Assembly (NCBI RefSeq): GCF_006345805.1
Contig: NW_021833744.1
Span: 1 to 64,000 of the forward strand
Source: Octopus sinensis
Lineage: Eukaryota
DNA: 64,000 bases
Direction of reading: 5' to 3'
Numbering within the stretch: position 1 is the stretch's first letter; every line of letters starts with the position of its first letter. A program made the translations under genes and the position numbers. Of this stretch, positions 26,427 to 39,454 are shown in pieces. The notes beneath the pieces were generated by a model. The model did no database searches. It saw only the letters and a program-made list of their open reading frames with translations, and was not told where the DNA came from.

Positions 26427-26689
26427 TTAAAAAGAATTATTTTTTTCTTGAAAAATTTTATGTAACATTGCGAATTTTGGATATTCTGTTCGATGAGGAT
26501 CATCGTATTTTTTCTAAAAATATATAAGATTTTTAAAACCATCGGAAAACAGAAATGAAATGTCTTATTAGATTCATCCATGTCAGGAAAAAAGTTATCC
26601 AAATCGAAATCATGGTCATGTTCATTAAATTTGTTATCCTTTTCGTCTGTATCGCTGTTTTTCTTACTTTTGAATGCTCCGTTTCCCAT
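26427..26689 (-). CDS. Orphan small protein, array copy A1 (78 aa, 2 exons)
   Basis: MGNGAFKSKKNSDTDEKDNKFNEHDHDFDLDNFFPDMDESNKTFHFCFPM|KKYDDPHRTEYPKFAMLHKIFQEKNNSF*. A 26-nt GT-AG intron (26514-26539) sits at the same position in all paralogs. Confidence 0.7.
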
Positions 26690-27962
26690 TTGATTTAGCT
26701 AATATAATTTTAGAAACGGATATTTTATATTTAAAGTCGGAATAATGTAATAAAATAACTAATTTATTAATATTTTATCAAACAATAGAAACACCAGGCT
26801 AATCGGAATTGGTATTCTGTTTAATTCTACTCTTTTGTTTATCTAGAATTTTTGAGATTCTTTAATTTTTATTTAAAATTTTAGTTAATTTTGACTTAAA
26901 ATTTTATAATAAATAGTATAAAAATCCTTTTGGATCAACACCAACGATTCTAAAGAGACAGAAGAGACAAAAAGTCAACTACACAATTTTAACGTAATTA
27001 ATTTTTTTTCGTTTATTGCAGAATTGGTTTAAAAAAAAAATTCGACCTCAATATAAGTAGATCCTGGTACAACAAAATTGTGGTTTCAATTTTAGTTCAG
27101 AGACAAAGCATTTTTTAGGTTAATGATTCTAAATAATTTTAATAAACCTTTCGTTAAAAAATTAAATATAGTTCATATTTTAACTATTATCAAACACTCT
27201 AGGTATTAGACCACCGAAAAGAATATTCTCTTTTTGTAGTTTGAAATTTGATTTTTGAAAAACCAATATCAATTGTTCAGACATCTTATTATTAACGAGA
27301 ATCAAAGTTAGAATTAATTCTGTAAGAATAATATAAGTTTACAATAGTTAAATAAACAAATTAATTAGAAAATTGCTTTTTCATTAGTCAAAAACTACTA
27401 AAATATAAATTAGTTCTTGTCTGTTTATTAGATCAAGTGGAGTACACAATAAGGTCCTAAAACTACAATTATTGTTGACTCGTAATTTGTCGAGTCATTT
27501 TAATGTTCTATCACATATAAAACCATAATATTTTTAATACATTATTAAAAAAGATTATTGGTCAATATTGAAATAAGATTACTAAGATTGGGGATTTTCT
27601 ACGCTATTCTGCTTTCAAGTTTATCATTTCAGCCTGCATATATGGAGAATGAACAAAATTATCCCCTTCCATCTAAAATAAAATTTATTCCCAAATTGTA
27701 AAATGACCGGAATAGAGTATCCTTTGGCTAACCTGTTATAGTTACGTTAAAGTCGGGTAAATGCTAGGTCTATCTCAAAATTAAAAGCCTAGTTTAAATT
27801 AATAAAAAGTTAAATCGCTTGGAAAATTTTAACTTCAGGTCTTTTGTAAAGTGAGAGTGGAGAGTCAAAATATTTAGATTTTTTTCTCGATTTTTAGAAT
27901 TAGAAAAGATAAAAAATTCTTTAGAATGCATCTCAGATTAAAAAATTAACAATTTTTTAGCA

Positions 27963-28227
27963 TTAGTCACTATCTGGAAAAAAACCAAAAGAATTCTTTT
28001 TTATGTCGTAGTTTTTTATAAATTCGTTTATAGAAGGATCATCATCGTCTTCTTCCTAAAAATATATTATAAGATTTTTAAACAATCGGTAAATAGTAAT
28101 GAAATCTTTTATTGAATTCTGCCACTTCTAAACGAGCCAAAGCAGCTTCATCGTCATTTGGTTCATAATTGACATTCTTTTTGTCTGTATCTTTGTTTTC
28201 CTTAATTTTGAATGCTCTGTTTCCCAT
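27963..28227 (-). CDS. Orphan small protein, array copy B1 (78 aa, 2 exons)
   Basis: MGNRAFKIKENKDTDKKNVNYEPNDDEAALARLEVAEFNKRFHYYLPI|EEDDDDPSINEFIKNYDIKKNSFGFFPDSD*. 28-nt intron at 28056-28083. Confidence 0.72.
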
Positions 28228-28709
28228 TTGATTTAGCTAATATAATTTTAGAAACGGATATTTCATATTTATAGTCGGAATAATGTAACAAAATAACTAC
28301 TTTATTAATATTTTATCGAACAATAAAAACACCAGACTAATCGGAATTGGTATTCTGTTTAATTCTACTCTTTTGTATTATCTAGAAATATTGAGGTTCT
28401 TTAATTTTTATTTAAAATTTTTGTTAATTTTGACTTAAAATTTTATAATAAATACTATTAAAAAAGTCAACTACACAATTTTAACTTAATCAGTTTTTCT
28501 TTTTTTGTATTTTTCGGATTTGTTTTAAATATTACAAAATATAGAATCCGACCTCAATATAAGTAGATTTTTGTTTAAATAATTGTGGTTTCAATTTTAG
28601 TTCAATTACAGAGCATTTTGTAAGTTAATGGTTCTAAATAATTTTAATACATCTTCCTTTAAACAACTAAATTTAGTTCATATTTTGACTATTATAAAAC
28701 CCTCTAAGT

Positions 28710-30220
28710 CAGTGGTTCTCAAACTGGGGTACGCCACATACAATTGCCAAGAATCTTATTATACCGTGGATTAAAGTCATTTTTGAATGTTTCCCTGGCA
28801 ATAAATTCGGGCATATTGTTCGAAAAATTTGATGTTCAAATAAAACAATCAATAGAAGAATGCGAGATCTATCCGAAAACATAAAAGAACAAGTTTTTTT
28901 TCTGATTAATGATTATTAGGTCATTACTGAAATAAAAAGTGCTGCCTTTAAAAAATTTTCAATTCAATTGGATGAATCAACAGATGTAGAAAATTGCTCT
29001 CAGTTACTCGTTTATGTGCGATATATTTATATGGAAAATATTAAAGAAGAATTTTTGTTTAATTATTCCCCACTTTTAAACAGAAAAGGTTCTGATATTT
29101 TCGATGCAGTTAATTGTTTTTTGAAAATGAAGGTATATTTTTGATTTTTTACTTATGATAGGTTTATTGTGGCAAAATCTTAGTTCATGTTTCAAAGATA
29201 GAGCACCAGCAATGCTTCGATGTAACTCTGGTTTCCGAAGTAGATTACAATCTGTTAATCTAAATGTAAAACATTTTAACATCGTTATGCTTTTGCTGTG
29301 AAGACAATGCCTCTTGAACTTAAAGACGTTCTTGACGATGTTATTAAAATTGTCAATCATTCAAAAAAGTCCTTTAGATTCACGAATTCTTTATTTAATT
29401 TGTGAAGAATTTGGTTCAGATGAAAAGGTTTTACTATATCAAACAGCAGTTTGATGGTTATCCAAAGGAAATGTTTTTTCCAGAGTCCACAGTTGGAAAA
29501 ATGAAATTTATGAATATTTTCTTCGCGAAAATAAAAATTTATATTTATCAACGTTATCAAATATGTATTGGGGTGTAATGCTATCTTATTTAACAGACAT
29601 TTTTTTGCGAATTAATTCTTTGAATTTATCGGTACAAACTTAGGGAGCTATAATTGTTGACTTTTTAGAAAAAACAAAGTTTTTTGGAAATAATATAATA
29701 TTGTAGGTCTTTTCGTATGAAGTTCCAAATGTGGATAGATAATACAACAAATTCTAATTTAATATGTCTGATAAGTATAAATATAGTTTTAACAAAGGAA
29801 TGAGCAGAGAGGAAACATCGAGGGGCTAAAACACTCGCCTTCTTCCGGAAAGTACCGCATGCGTGTTGCCACGGAGAATAGCGATAGATATCCTCTGCAA
29901 TAGCTACAAAACCTCGCGTGGCTCTTCCGTCCTGTGGGCAAGTTCCCTTCCGATGTCGCTGATGAAGGCCGAGGTGTGAGGCTCGGCGACGCCTGATGCC
30001 TCCAATGCGATTTGTGCGAATATAAAGCGGCGTCCAAGTTCTTGTATTTTTTTAACTTTGGCCGTCTCAGCCTTTTCCGCAGCAGATCCGGGGGAATTGG
30101 CAGATGACATGATTGCCGATGGAGAGAAAGAATCGATGACAAGTTGAATGATAACATTTGCCATCTAAAATTAAATGAAATAGAAAATTTAAAACATCAT
30201 ATAACTTCCCATTTGCTTTG
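28710..30220 (+). mobile_element. hAT (Buster/ZBED5-like) element, truncated duplicate copy 1
   Basis: Starts cagtggttctcaaact after ctctaagt. Remnant FSIQLDESTDV..QLLVYVRY. Near-identical to the copies at 31764 and 39455. Confidence 0.85.
29770..30135 (-). mobile_element. CRE-like RLE retroelement 3' fragment (duplicate at about 36380-36740)
   Basis: SAAEKAETAK..FIFAQIALEASG..FISDIGRELAHRTEEPRE..LQRISIAILRGN. Confidence 0.7.
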
Positions 30221-31017
30221 GATAGTTCATATTTTGTCTATTATCAAATACTCTAAGTACTAGACCGCCAAAAAAGAAGATTCTTCTTTTGTAGTTTGAA
30301 ATTTGACATTTGAAAAACCAATATTAATTGTTCAGACATCTTATTATTAACGAGAATCAAAGTTATAACTAATTCTGTAAGAATAACATAAGTTTACAAT
30401 AGTTAAATATACAAATTAATTAGAAAATTGCTTTTTCATTAGTCAAAAACTACTAAAATATAAATTCGTTCTTGCCTGTTTATTAGATCAAGTGGAGTAC
30501 ACAATAAGGTCCTAAAACTACTATTTTTGTTGACTTGTGATTTGTCGAGTCATTTTAATGTTCTATCGTATATAAAATCATAATAATTTTAATACATTAT
30601 TAAAAAAGATTATTGGTCAATATTGAAATAAGATTACTAAAATTGGGGATTTTCTACGCTATTCTGCTTTCAAGTTTATCATTTCAGCCTGCATATATGG
30701 AGAATTAACAAAATTATCCCCTTCTATCTAAAATAAAATTTATTCCCAAATTGTAAAATGACCGGAATAGAGTATCCTTTGGCTAACCTGTTATAGTTAC
30801 GTTAAAGTCGGGTAAATGCTAGGTCTATCTCAAAATTGAAAGCTTAGTTTAAATTAATAAAAAGTTAAATCGCTTGGAAAATTTTAACTTCAGGTCCTTT
30901 TTAAAATGAGAGTGGAGAGTCAAAATATTTAGATTTTTTTCTTGATTTTTAGAATTAGAAAAGATAAAAAATTCTTTAGAATGCATCTCAGATTAAAGAA
31001 TTAACAATTTTTTAGCA

Positions 31018-31282
31018 TTAGTCACTATCTGGAAAAAAACCAAAAGAATTCTTTTTTTTGTCGTAGTTTTTTATAAATTCGTTTATAGAAGGATCATCAT
31101 CGTCTTCTTCCTAAAACTATATTATACGATTTTTAAACAATCGGTAAATAGTAAAGAAATCTTTTATTGAATTCTGCCACTTCTAAATGAGCCAAAGCAG
31201 CTTCATCGTCATTTAGTTCATATTTGACATCCTTTTTGTCTGTATCTTTGTTTTTCTTATTTTTGAATGCTCTGTTTCCCAT
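31018..31282 (-). CDS. Orphan small protein, array copy B2 (78 aa, 2 exons)
   Basis: MGNRAFKNKKNKDTDKKDVKYELNDDEAALAHLEVAEFNKRFLYYLPI|EEDDDDPSINEFIKNYDKKKNSFGFFPDSD*. Confidence 0.72.
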
Positions 31283-31763
31283 TTGATTTAGCTAATATAA
31301 TTTTAGAAACGGATATTTCATATTTATAGTCGGAATAATGTAACAAAATAACTACCTTATTAATATTTTATCGAATAATAGAAACACCAGACTAATCGGA
31401 ATTGGTATTCTGTTTAATTCTACTCTTTTGTATTATCTAGAAATATTGAGGTTCTTTAATTTTTATTTAAAATTTTTTTTAATTTTGAATTAAAATTATA
31501 TAATAAATACTATTAAAAAAGTCAACTACACAATTTAACTTAATCAGTTTTTCATTTTTTGTATTTTTCGGAATTGTTTTAAATATTACAAAATATAGAA
31601 TCCGACCTCAATATAAGTAGATTTTTGTTTAAATAATTGTGGTTTCAATTTTATTTCAATTACAGAGCATTTTGTAAGTTGATGGTTCTAAATAATTTTA
31701 ATATATCTTCCGTTAAACAACTAAATTTAGTTCATATTTTGACTATTATAAAACCCTCTAAGT

Positions 31764-34700
31764 AAGTGGTTCTCAAACTGGGGTACGCCAAATACAATTG
31801 CCAAGAATCTTATTATACCGTGGATTAAAGACATTTTTGAATGTTTCCCTGGCAATAAATTAGGGCATATTGTTCGAAAAATTTGATGTTCAAATGATAC
31901 AATCAATAGAAGAATGCGAGATCTATCCTAAAACATAAAAGAACAAGTTTTTTTTCTGATTAATTATTATTAGGTCATTACTGAAGTAAAAAGTGCTGCC
32001 TTTAAAAAATTTTCAATTCAATTGGATGAATCAACAGATGTAGAAAATTGCTCTCAGTTACTCGTTTATGTGCGATATATTTATATGGAAAATATTAAAA
32101 AGAATTTTTGTTTAATTATTCCCCACTTTTAAACACAAAAGGTTCTGATATTTTTGATGCAGTTAATTGTTTCTTGAAAAAAAGTATATTTTTGATTTTT
32201 ACTTATGATAGGTCTATTGTGGCGAAATCTTAGTCCATGCTTCAAAGATAGAGCACCAGCAATGCTTGGATGTAACTCTGGTTTCCGAGGTAGATTACAA
32301 TCTGTTAATCTAAATGTAAAAAATTTTAACATCGTTATGCTTTTGCTGTGAAGACAATGCCTCTTGAACTTAAAGACGTTCTTGACGATGTTATTAAAAT
32401 TGTCAATCATTCAAAAAAGTCCTTTAGATTCACGAATTCTTTATTTAATTTGTGAAGAATTTGGTTCAGATGAAAAGGTTTTACTATATCAAACAGCAGT
32501 TTGATGGTTATCCAAAGGAAATGTTTTTTCCAGAGTCCACAGTTTGAAAAATGAAATTTATGAATATTTTCTTCGCGAAAATAAAAATTTATATTTATCA
32601 ACGTTATCAAATATTTATTGGGGTGTAATGCTATCTTATTTAACTGACATTTTTTTGCGAATTAATTCTTTGAACTTATCGGTGCAAACTTAGGGAGCTA
32701 CAATTGTTGACTTTTTAGAAAAAATAAGGTTTTTTGGAAATAGTATAATATTGTAGGTCTTTTAGATACATTAATTCTTGTGGTACGTGCATGTTCGTTT
32801 CGACTGAGCTCTGTGAAACGTTACCTGAGGGCCTACCTACGAATCAATTGAAAAGAAAAGCCAGTGAGAACGTAGATGAAGTGGCCCAAGGACTGTCCAA
32901 TGCCAAAGAATTTGCCTTATCTCACAACCCTTCTCCTAAGTAGGCCACGAAGGCCTGCTTACCTTGCAAGCAGTAATCGATCAAGTCACAAGTTCCGACA
33001 AGATTCAGTGGGCCACCGAAGTGGTTCATTCTGCCAGAGAAAGATTTGGAAGGATTCCTCGCGGTGGATTCCCTCATATAACAAGGGCGTTCAATGAAAA
33101 GTTCCAGACCACTAAGTCAATATTGAATGTGAAGTCACTTGTGAGGAGTGGTGTGAAGGAGGACTCATATCTGTCAGGGGAAACCCAGAAAAATATGTTC
33201 TCTAAAACGGAAATTTCTCTTTTTGGAAAGTGCTCAATTGAGTTTAATTCCCAAATCGGACAAGTAAAATTAATTCCGCGCGATTTACGGACGCCGACCA
33301 GGAAAGTTCCCTATCAACTTCTTAATAAAGAAATTTTGACTGGTATAAATGCCTCGATTGGAGAATTTATGAAAGCAAATCAACCGGATAATCTCAATGA
33401 CATTGCTGACATTTTCTATGCTGGCCAACGAGCATATGATGCATTGACCCACCGAGTCTGTAAAAAAAGTGAATGGATTGGAAATATGAACGCGAAGCTT
33501 GACAAACTTAGGAAGGAACTCGAGTTGGTAACACCACTAACTAATAATGAAAAAACGAGAAAATCATTTAGTGAGGAATTGAGAGACATTTTGAGCAAAT
33601 ATGGATACCGGAAGGCCAAAAAAGGAGATCTATTTAGAATTGTTACTTGCATCCAGGATGAGGTAAAGATTGTTGAAAAAAAATTGGCAACCCATGAAGC
33701 AAGGAAAAAATTCCGGAGGGACAATATGTGTTTTGAACTTAACCGAAGGCAGTTTTACAGAAACTTGACTGAGAAACAGAAGAATACACAGTTTATGTTT
33801 GATTAGAGTCAGTGTCTTTCATTCTGGGAGAGTGTTTGGGCAAAACATGAGTCCATGGGGAACTCGATTTTATTGGATAACCGGGTGACTGGTGCCGAGG
33901 ACACAATTGCTGATTTTGGAAAAGACACAATTATTGAGATCATTAACCAGCTGCCAAATTGGAGGGCCTGTGGATGCGATGGCATATACAATTTTTTCTT
34001 GAAAAAGTTTACTGCGGTCCACGATGACCTCTGTAAGAACGTCGCGGATATCATATATGGAAAGTACACACCTGATGAGTGGTTCTACACAGGGATTACC
34101 CATCTTATTCCAAAAAAAAGAAATTTGTGACTCACCCAAGGACCTGAGGCCGATTACTTGCATGTCAAATCTACATAAACTTGTAACAAAATGTGTGAAC
34201 AGAAAATTGACGGACTACATTGAAGCATACAATTTGATCAGCGACAATCAATTGAGGACGAGAAGAATGCGCCAAGGAGCCAAAGAGCAGGCATTGCTCA
34301 ACCAATGTGTCCATCAACAAAATGGGAATAATTTGCCTTCTGCTTGGATTGATGTAAAGAAGGCTTTTGACTCTGTCGATCACGAGTTTCTGTATCAAGT
34401 CCTCGATAACTCCGGCCTCCCCCATTGGATTGTGGATTTTATCAAGGCAATTGTCACGAAATGGAAGATCAAGTTGAGATTTAATCAAAAAGATATTGGT
34501 GAAGTAAAAATGGAGAGAGATCTTGCAGGGTGATTCTTTATCGCCGCAAATCTTTGTTCGTGTCCTGGACCCCCTGAGTAGAATATTGAATGCGAAATTT
34601 CCAAATGTGCTAGTGGACAAGTCAGGCAATAGTCCTCGGGTATACTCAACGAACCACTTGTTGTTCATGGACGACCTAAAATTGTTTGCTCGGAAGGAAG

Positions 34701-36990
34701 ACACTGTAATGAGAATGATGGCCGAGGTTGATCAATTCTTTCGAACTGCCGGATTGGAGCAAAACGCTGAAAAGTCTGCAACTAATCTTGAAGGGTTGAG
34801 TAGCAAAGCTAAGCTGCTTGACGGGATTGATGGCTATCGTTACCTTGGAGTATTGGAAGACAAAGATAGCAGAGTTTTGAAGAATGACACGATGAACTCA
34901 ATATCGGATGCAATCGAGGAGAGAATTAATAGCCTGGCAGACTCGAAGCTAAATTCTGCAAATTTTTTCAAGGCTGTCAATGAGCATGCATTATCGTTGT
35001 ATAATTACTACATCGGGCTCATTGATATCGAACCATGAGAATATCGACAAGAATGTGCGCAAGATTTTGATACGCCACCAAATTACACACGAAACCTGGA
35101 AACAAACATAGACTTTATCTTTCAAGAGACCGACTAGGAAGAGGATTGGTTTCTGTTGTGCATAAAAGCGAGCGAATGCTTCTTGAATTCCTCAAGGACA
35201 TTGAGATGAAGGCTTCCTATTGTTTGAGGAGAGAAGGAATCCTGAAGGCCGTCAGATTCAAGAAAACTCATATGGCCACTATCAAGGAATTCCTATGCAG
35301 AAAGTACCAATTTGCAACTCCGGAAAGCCTCAAACTGAATGTTCTGAAGGATTTGCAAGGAAAGCACTTACTTGAACAGATACGGAAAAAGCCACTTCAC
35401 TCGATTTTGTTTAATTGCTATGATGATTTGGACGTGGATCTGAAAGAATCGTCCTGGTGGTTATCTCATGGGAACAACTCTCCAAGGTCGGAGGGAATGC
35501 TGTGCATGGTTCAGGACCGCAACTTATTCTTTGACAACGGTGGTAGTTGTTGCAACCATTGCAACGCCGCCAAAAAAACTGTGGATCATCTTGCTACAAG
35601 ATGTGGCAGAATGTTGAACAGTGATTACCTACGTCGCTACAATGAGGTTGTAAGGTGCATGCACCTGCACATCTGTCGAAAATATGGAATAAAACAGTCT
35701 CGGAAGTTAAAGACCCACTCCGTTCAGTCGACTGTCTCTAATGAGGTGGTCGAAATACGTGTGGACACTACCATCAAGACGGACACTATAGTGAGTAATA
35801 ATAAACCGGACATTTTTGTCTTCGACAAAGTTCGGAATATTATTACTCTTATCAAAATTGGGATTACTTCTCAGCAATCCTTGAAGCAAGTAGAAGTAGA
35901 AAAATTACATAAATATGACCTTTTGGCGAACGAATTGAAGGTAATCCATAATGCAAAAGTGAATATCATACCTTTGGTTATTACGTGGGATGGAATAACA
36001 TCCAGATTCTATAAACATTACCAGAACTCCTTGCAAGTCCAGGAATCTACGCGAGCTTATATCCAGTCAATCGTGATAAAGAGAACATTGGAAAGCATGC
36101 GCCCGGAGTATAAACTCCTTCCTACAGCGACGAAGCATGCAATTAAATCGGACTCGAGAACAATCACAAAAGTGGCCTGCCCTGTAAAATGGATAAATGT
36201 ACCCGTCGAAGACACTTGCTCGGGCTCGAAGAGGAGGAGAATTGACTGAAAGCAGACGCAATAATTAAAAATCAATTTTATCTGGACTTTTCAAATAAAT
36301 TAAAATAGTTTGTAGGTCTTTTCGTATGAAGTTCCAAATGTGGATAGATAATACAACAAATTCTAATTTAATATGTCTGATAAGTATAAATATAGTTTAA
36401 ACAAAGGAATGAGCAGAGAGGAAACATCGAGGGGCTAAAGCACGCGCCTTCTTGCGGAAAGTACTGCATGCGTGTTGCCACGGAGAATAGCGATAGATAT
36501 CCTCTGCAATAACTACAAAACCTCGCGTGGCTCTTTCGTCCTGTGGGCAAGTTTCCTTCCGATGTCGCTGATGAAGGCCGAGGTGTGAGGCTCGGCGACG
36601 CCTGATGTCTCCAATGCGATTTGTGCGAATATAAAGTGGCGTCTGAGTTCTTAGTATTTTTTTAATTTTGGCCGTCTCAGCCTTTTCCGCAGCGGACCCG
36701 AAGGAAGTGGCAGATGACATGATTGCCGATGGAGAGAAAGAATCTATGATAAGTTGAATGATAACATTTGCCATCTAAAATTAAATGAAATAAAAAATTT
36801 AAAACATCATATAACTTCCCATTTGCTTTGATTGAAAAATGAAATTGAAAAATATATACCTGAAATTAATGAAGTAGATCTTAAATTTTTGTCAAAAATT
36901 TAAAATTGGATTATTGGATAGATAGTGTTCAATAATTATAAAATACAGTTTGAAAGACAGTATAATTTTAGAATCTGTTTTTCTAAAAAA
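31764..36990 (+). mobile_element. hAT duplicate copy 2, carrying nested R4-like and CRE-like insertions
   Basis: Same sequence as the 28710 copy (first TIR base changed) and resumes after 36322. Right end approximate. Confidence 0.8.
32764..36309 (+). mobile_element. Near full-length R4/NeSL-like RLE non-LTR retrotransposon
   Basis: RT motifs (DLRPITCM, IDVKKAFDSV, LQGDSLSP, HLLFMDDLK, YRYLG), CCHC finger and RLE (KPDIFVFDK..KLHKYDLL). 13-bp TSD ttgtaggtctttt at 32751-32763 and 36310-36322; the empty site is visible at 29701. A few frameshifts. Confidence 0.92.
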
Positions 36991-37220
36991 AATAATAATC
37001 CTAAGTCAAAAATGAATACAATTAAAAAAACATCTGCACTTTTTGATTGATCAGTTCCGGCTTAGGAAGATAAGTTGAGTCGTAGCTGATATCTTAAAAA
37101 TAAAATTTTTGTTGACAGATGTTAAATAAGGTCATTCTAGATTTTTTACTGATAAGATAAAAAAAAATAAAAAATTTGCTTTAGAATTAGAAAAAATTAT
37201 CGGAAAATAGAAAAACCAAA

Positions 37221-37486
37221 TTAAAAAGAATCATTTTTTTCTCGAAAAATTTTATGTAACATTACGAATTTTGGATATTCTGTTTGAGAAGGATTATCTT
37301 TTTTTTCTAAAAAATATATTAGAAGATTTTTAAAACCATCGGAAAACAGAAATTAAATCTTTTATTAGATTCTTCCATGTCAGAAAAAAAATAATCCAAA
37401 TCATAATCACAGTCATTTATATTAAATTTGTTATCCTTTTCGTCTGTATCGCTGTTTTTCTTATTTTTGAATGCTCCGTTTCCCAT
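37221..37486 (-). CDS. Orphan small protein, array copy A2 (exon 2 one A short in a homopolymer)
   Basis: MGNGAFKNKKNSDTDEKDNKFNINDCDYDLDYFFSDMEESNKRFNFCFPM|KK(K)DNPSQTEYPKFVMLHKIFREKNDSF*. The A8 run needs A9 to keep the A1 frame. Confidence 0.6.
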
Positions 37487-38707
37487 TTGATTTAGCTAAT
37501 ATAAATTTAGAAACGGATATTTTATATTTAAAGTCGGAATAATGTAATAAAATAACTAATTTATTAATATTTTATCAAACAATAGAAACACCAGGCTAAT
37601 AGAAATTGGTATTCTGTTTAATTCTACTTTTTTGTTTATCTAGAATTTTTGAGGTTCTTTAATTTTTATTCAAAATTTTTGTTAATTTTAACTTAAAATT
37701 TTATAATAAATAGTATAAAATTCCTTTTTGGGTCAACACCAATGATTCTAAATACAAATTCGAATATTATTAAGAGAGAAAAAGTTAACTACACTATTTT
37801 AACGTAATTAGTTGTTTTTCGTTTTTTTCGGAATTGGTTTTAAAGAAACGAATTCGATTTCAATATAAGTAGATTTTGGTATAATAAATTGTGGTTTCAA
37901 TTTTAGTTCAAAGACAAAGCATTTTATAGGTTAATGGTTCTAAATAATTTTAATAAACCTTTCGTTAAAAAATTAAATATAGTTCATATTTTGACTATTA
38001 TCAAACACTCTAAGTATTAGACCGCCAAAAAGAAGATTCTTCTTTTGTAGTTTAAAATTTGACATTTGAAAAACCAATATTAATTGTTCAGACATCTTAT
38101 TTTTAACGAGAATCAAAGTTATAACTAATTCTGTAAGAATAATATAAGTTTACAATTGTTAAATACACAAATTAATTAGAAAATTGCTTTTTCATTAGTC
38201 AATAACTATTAAAATATAAATTAGTTTTTGTCTGTTTATTAGATCAAATGGAGTACACAATAAGGTCCTAAAACTACAATTTTTGACATTATTAAAAAGA
38301 TTATTGGTCAATATTGAAATAAGATTACTAAGATTGGGGATTTTCTACGCTATTCTGCTTTCAAGTTTATAATTTCAGCCTGCATATATGGAGAATGAAC
38401 AAAATTATCCCCTTCTATCTAAAATAAAATTTATTCCTAAATTGTAAAATGACCAGAATAGAGTATCCTTTGGCTAACCTGTTATAGTTACGTTAAAGTC
38501 GGGTAAATGCTAGGTATCTCAAAATTGAAAGCATAGTTTAAATTAATAAAAAGTTAAATCGCTTGGAAAATTTTAACTTCAGGTCCTTTTTAAATTGAGA
38601 GCGGAGAGTCAAAATATTTAGATTTTTTTCTCGATTTTTAGAATTAAAAAAGATAAAAAAAATTTTTAGAATGCATCTCAGATTAAAGAATTAACAATTT
38701 TTTAGCA

Positions 38708-38972
38708 TTAGTCACTATCTGGAAAAACGACAAAAGAATTCTTTTTTTTGCCGCCGTTTTTTAGATATTTAGATATTTTTTCGGTTAAATAAGGATCATC
38801 GTCTTCTTCCTAAAAATATATTATAAAATTTTTAAACCATCGGTAAAACGTAATGAAATCTGTTATTTAATTCTGCCAGGTCTAAAAAATAATCCAAATC
38901 AGATTCATTGTCATTTAGTTCAAATTTGTCTGTATCTTTGTTTTCCTTATTTTTGAATGCTCTGTTTTCCAT
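38708..38972 (-). CDS. Orphan small protein, array copy B3 (mosaic; Gly2 replaced by Glu)
   Basis: MENRAFKNKENKDTDKFELNDNESDLDYFLDLAELNNRFHYVLPM|EEDDDPYLTEKISKYLKNGGKKKNSFVVFPDSD*. Indels relative to B1 preserve the frame. Confidence 0.7.
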
Positions 38973-39454
38973 TTGATTTAGCTAATATAATTTTAGAAAC
39001 GGATATTTCATATTTATAGTCGGAATAATGTAATAAAATAACTACTTTATTAATATTTTATCGAACAATAGAAACACCAGACTAATCGGAATTGGTATTC
39101 TGTTTAATTCTACTCTTTTGTATTATCTAGAAATATTGAGGTTCTTCAATTTTTATTTAAAATTTTTGTTAATTTTGACTTAAAATTTTATAATAAATAC
39201 TATTAAAAAAGTCAACTACACAATTTTAACTTAATCAGTTTTTCTTTTTTTGTATTTTTCGGATTTGTTTTAAATATTACAAAATATAGAATCCGACCTC
39301 AATATAAGTAGATTTTTGTTTAAATAATTGTGGTTTCAATTTTAGTTCAATTACAGAGCATTTTGTAAGTTAATGGTTCTAAATAATTTTAATACATCTT
39401 CCTTTAAACAACTAAATTTAGTTCATATTTTGACTATTATAAAACCCTCTAAGT

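Noticed and set aside
27604-27675. Extra exon or second small ORF (EGDNFVHSPYMQAEMINLKAE*) downstream of B-type genes
   Set aside because: Present in three units, but no convincing donor links it in frame, and its ATG exists in only one copy.
29076-29560. Repeated minus-strand ORFs (also 32129-32610 and 39821-40228) as a gene family
   Set aside because: They are antisense shadows of the duplicated hAT transposase remnant.
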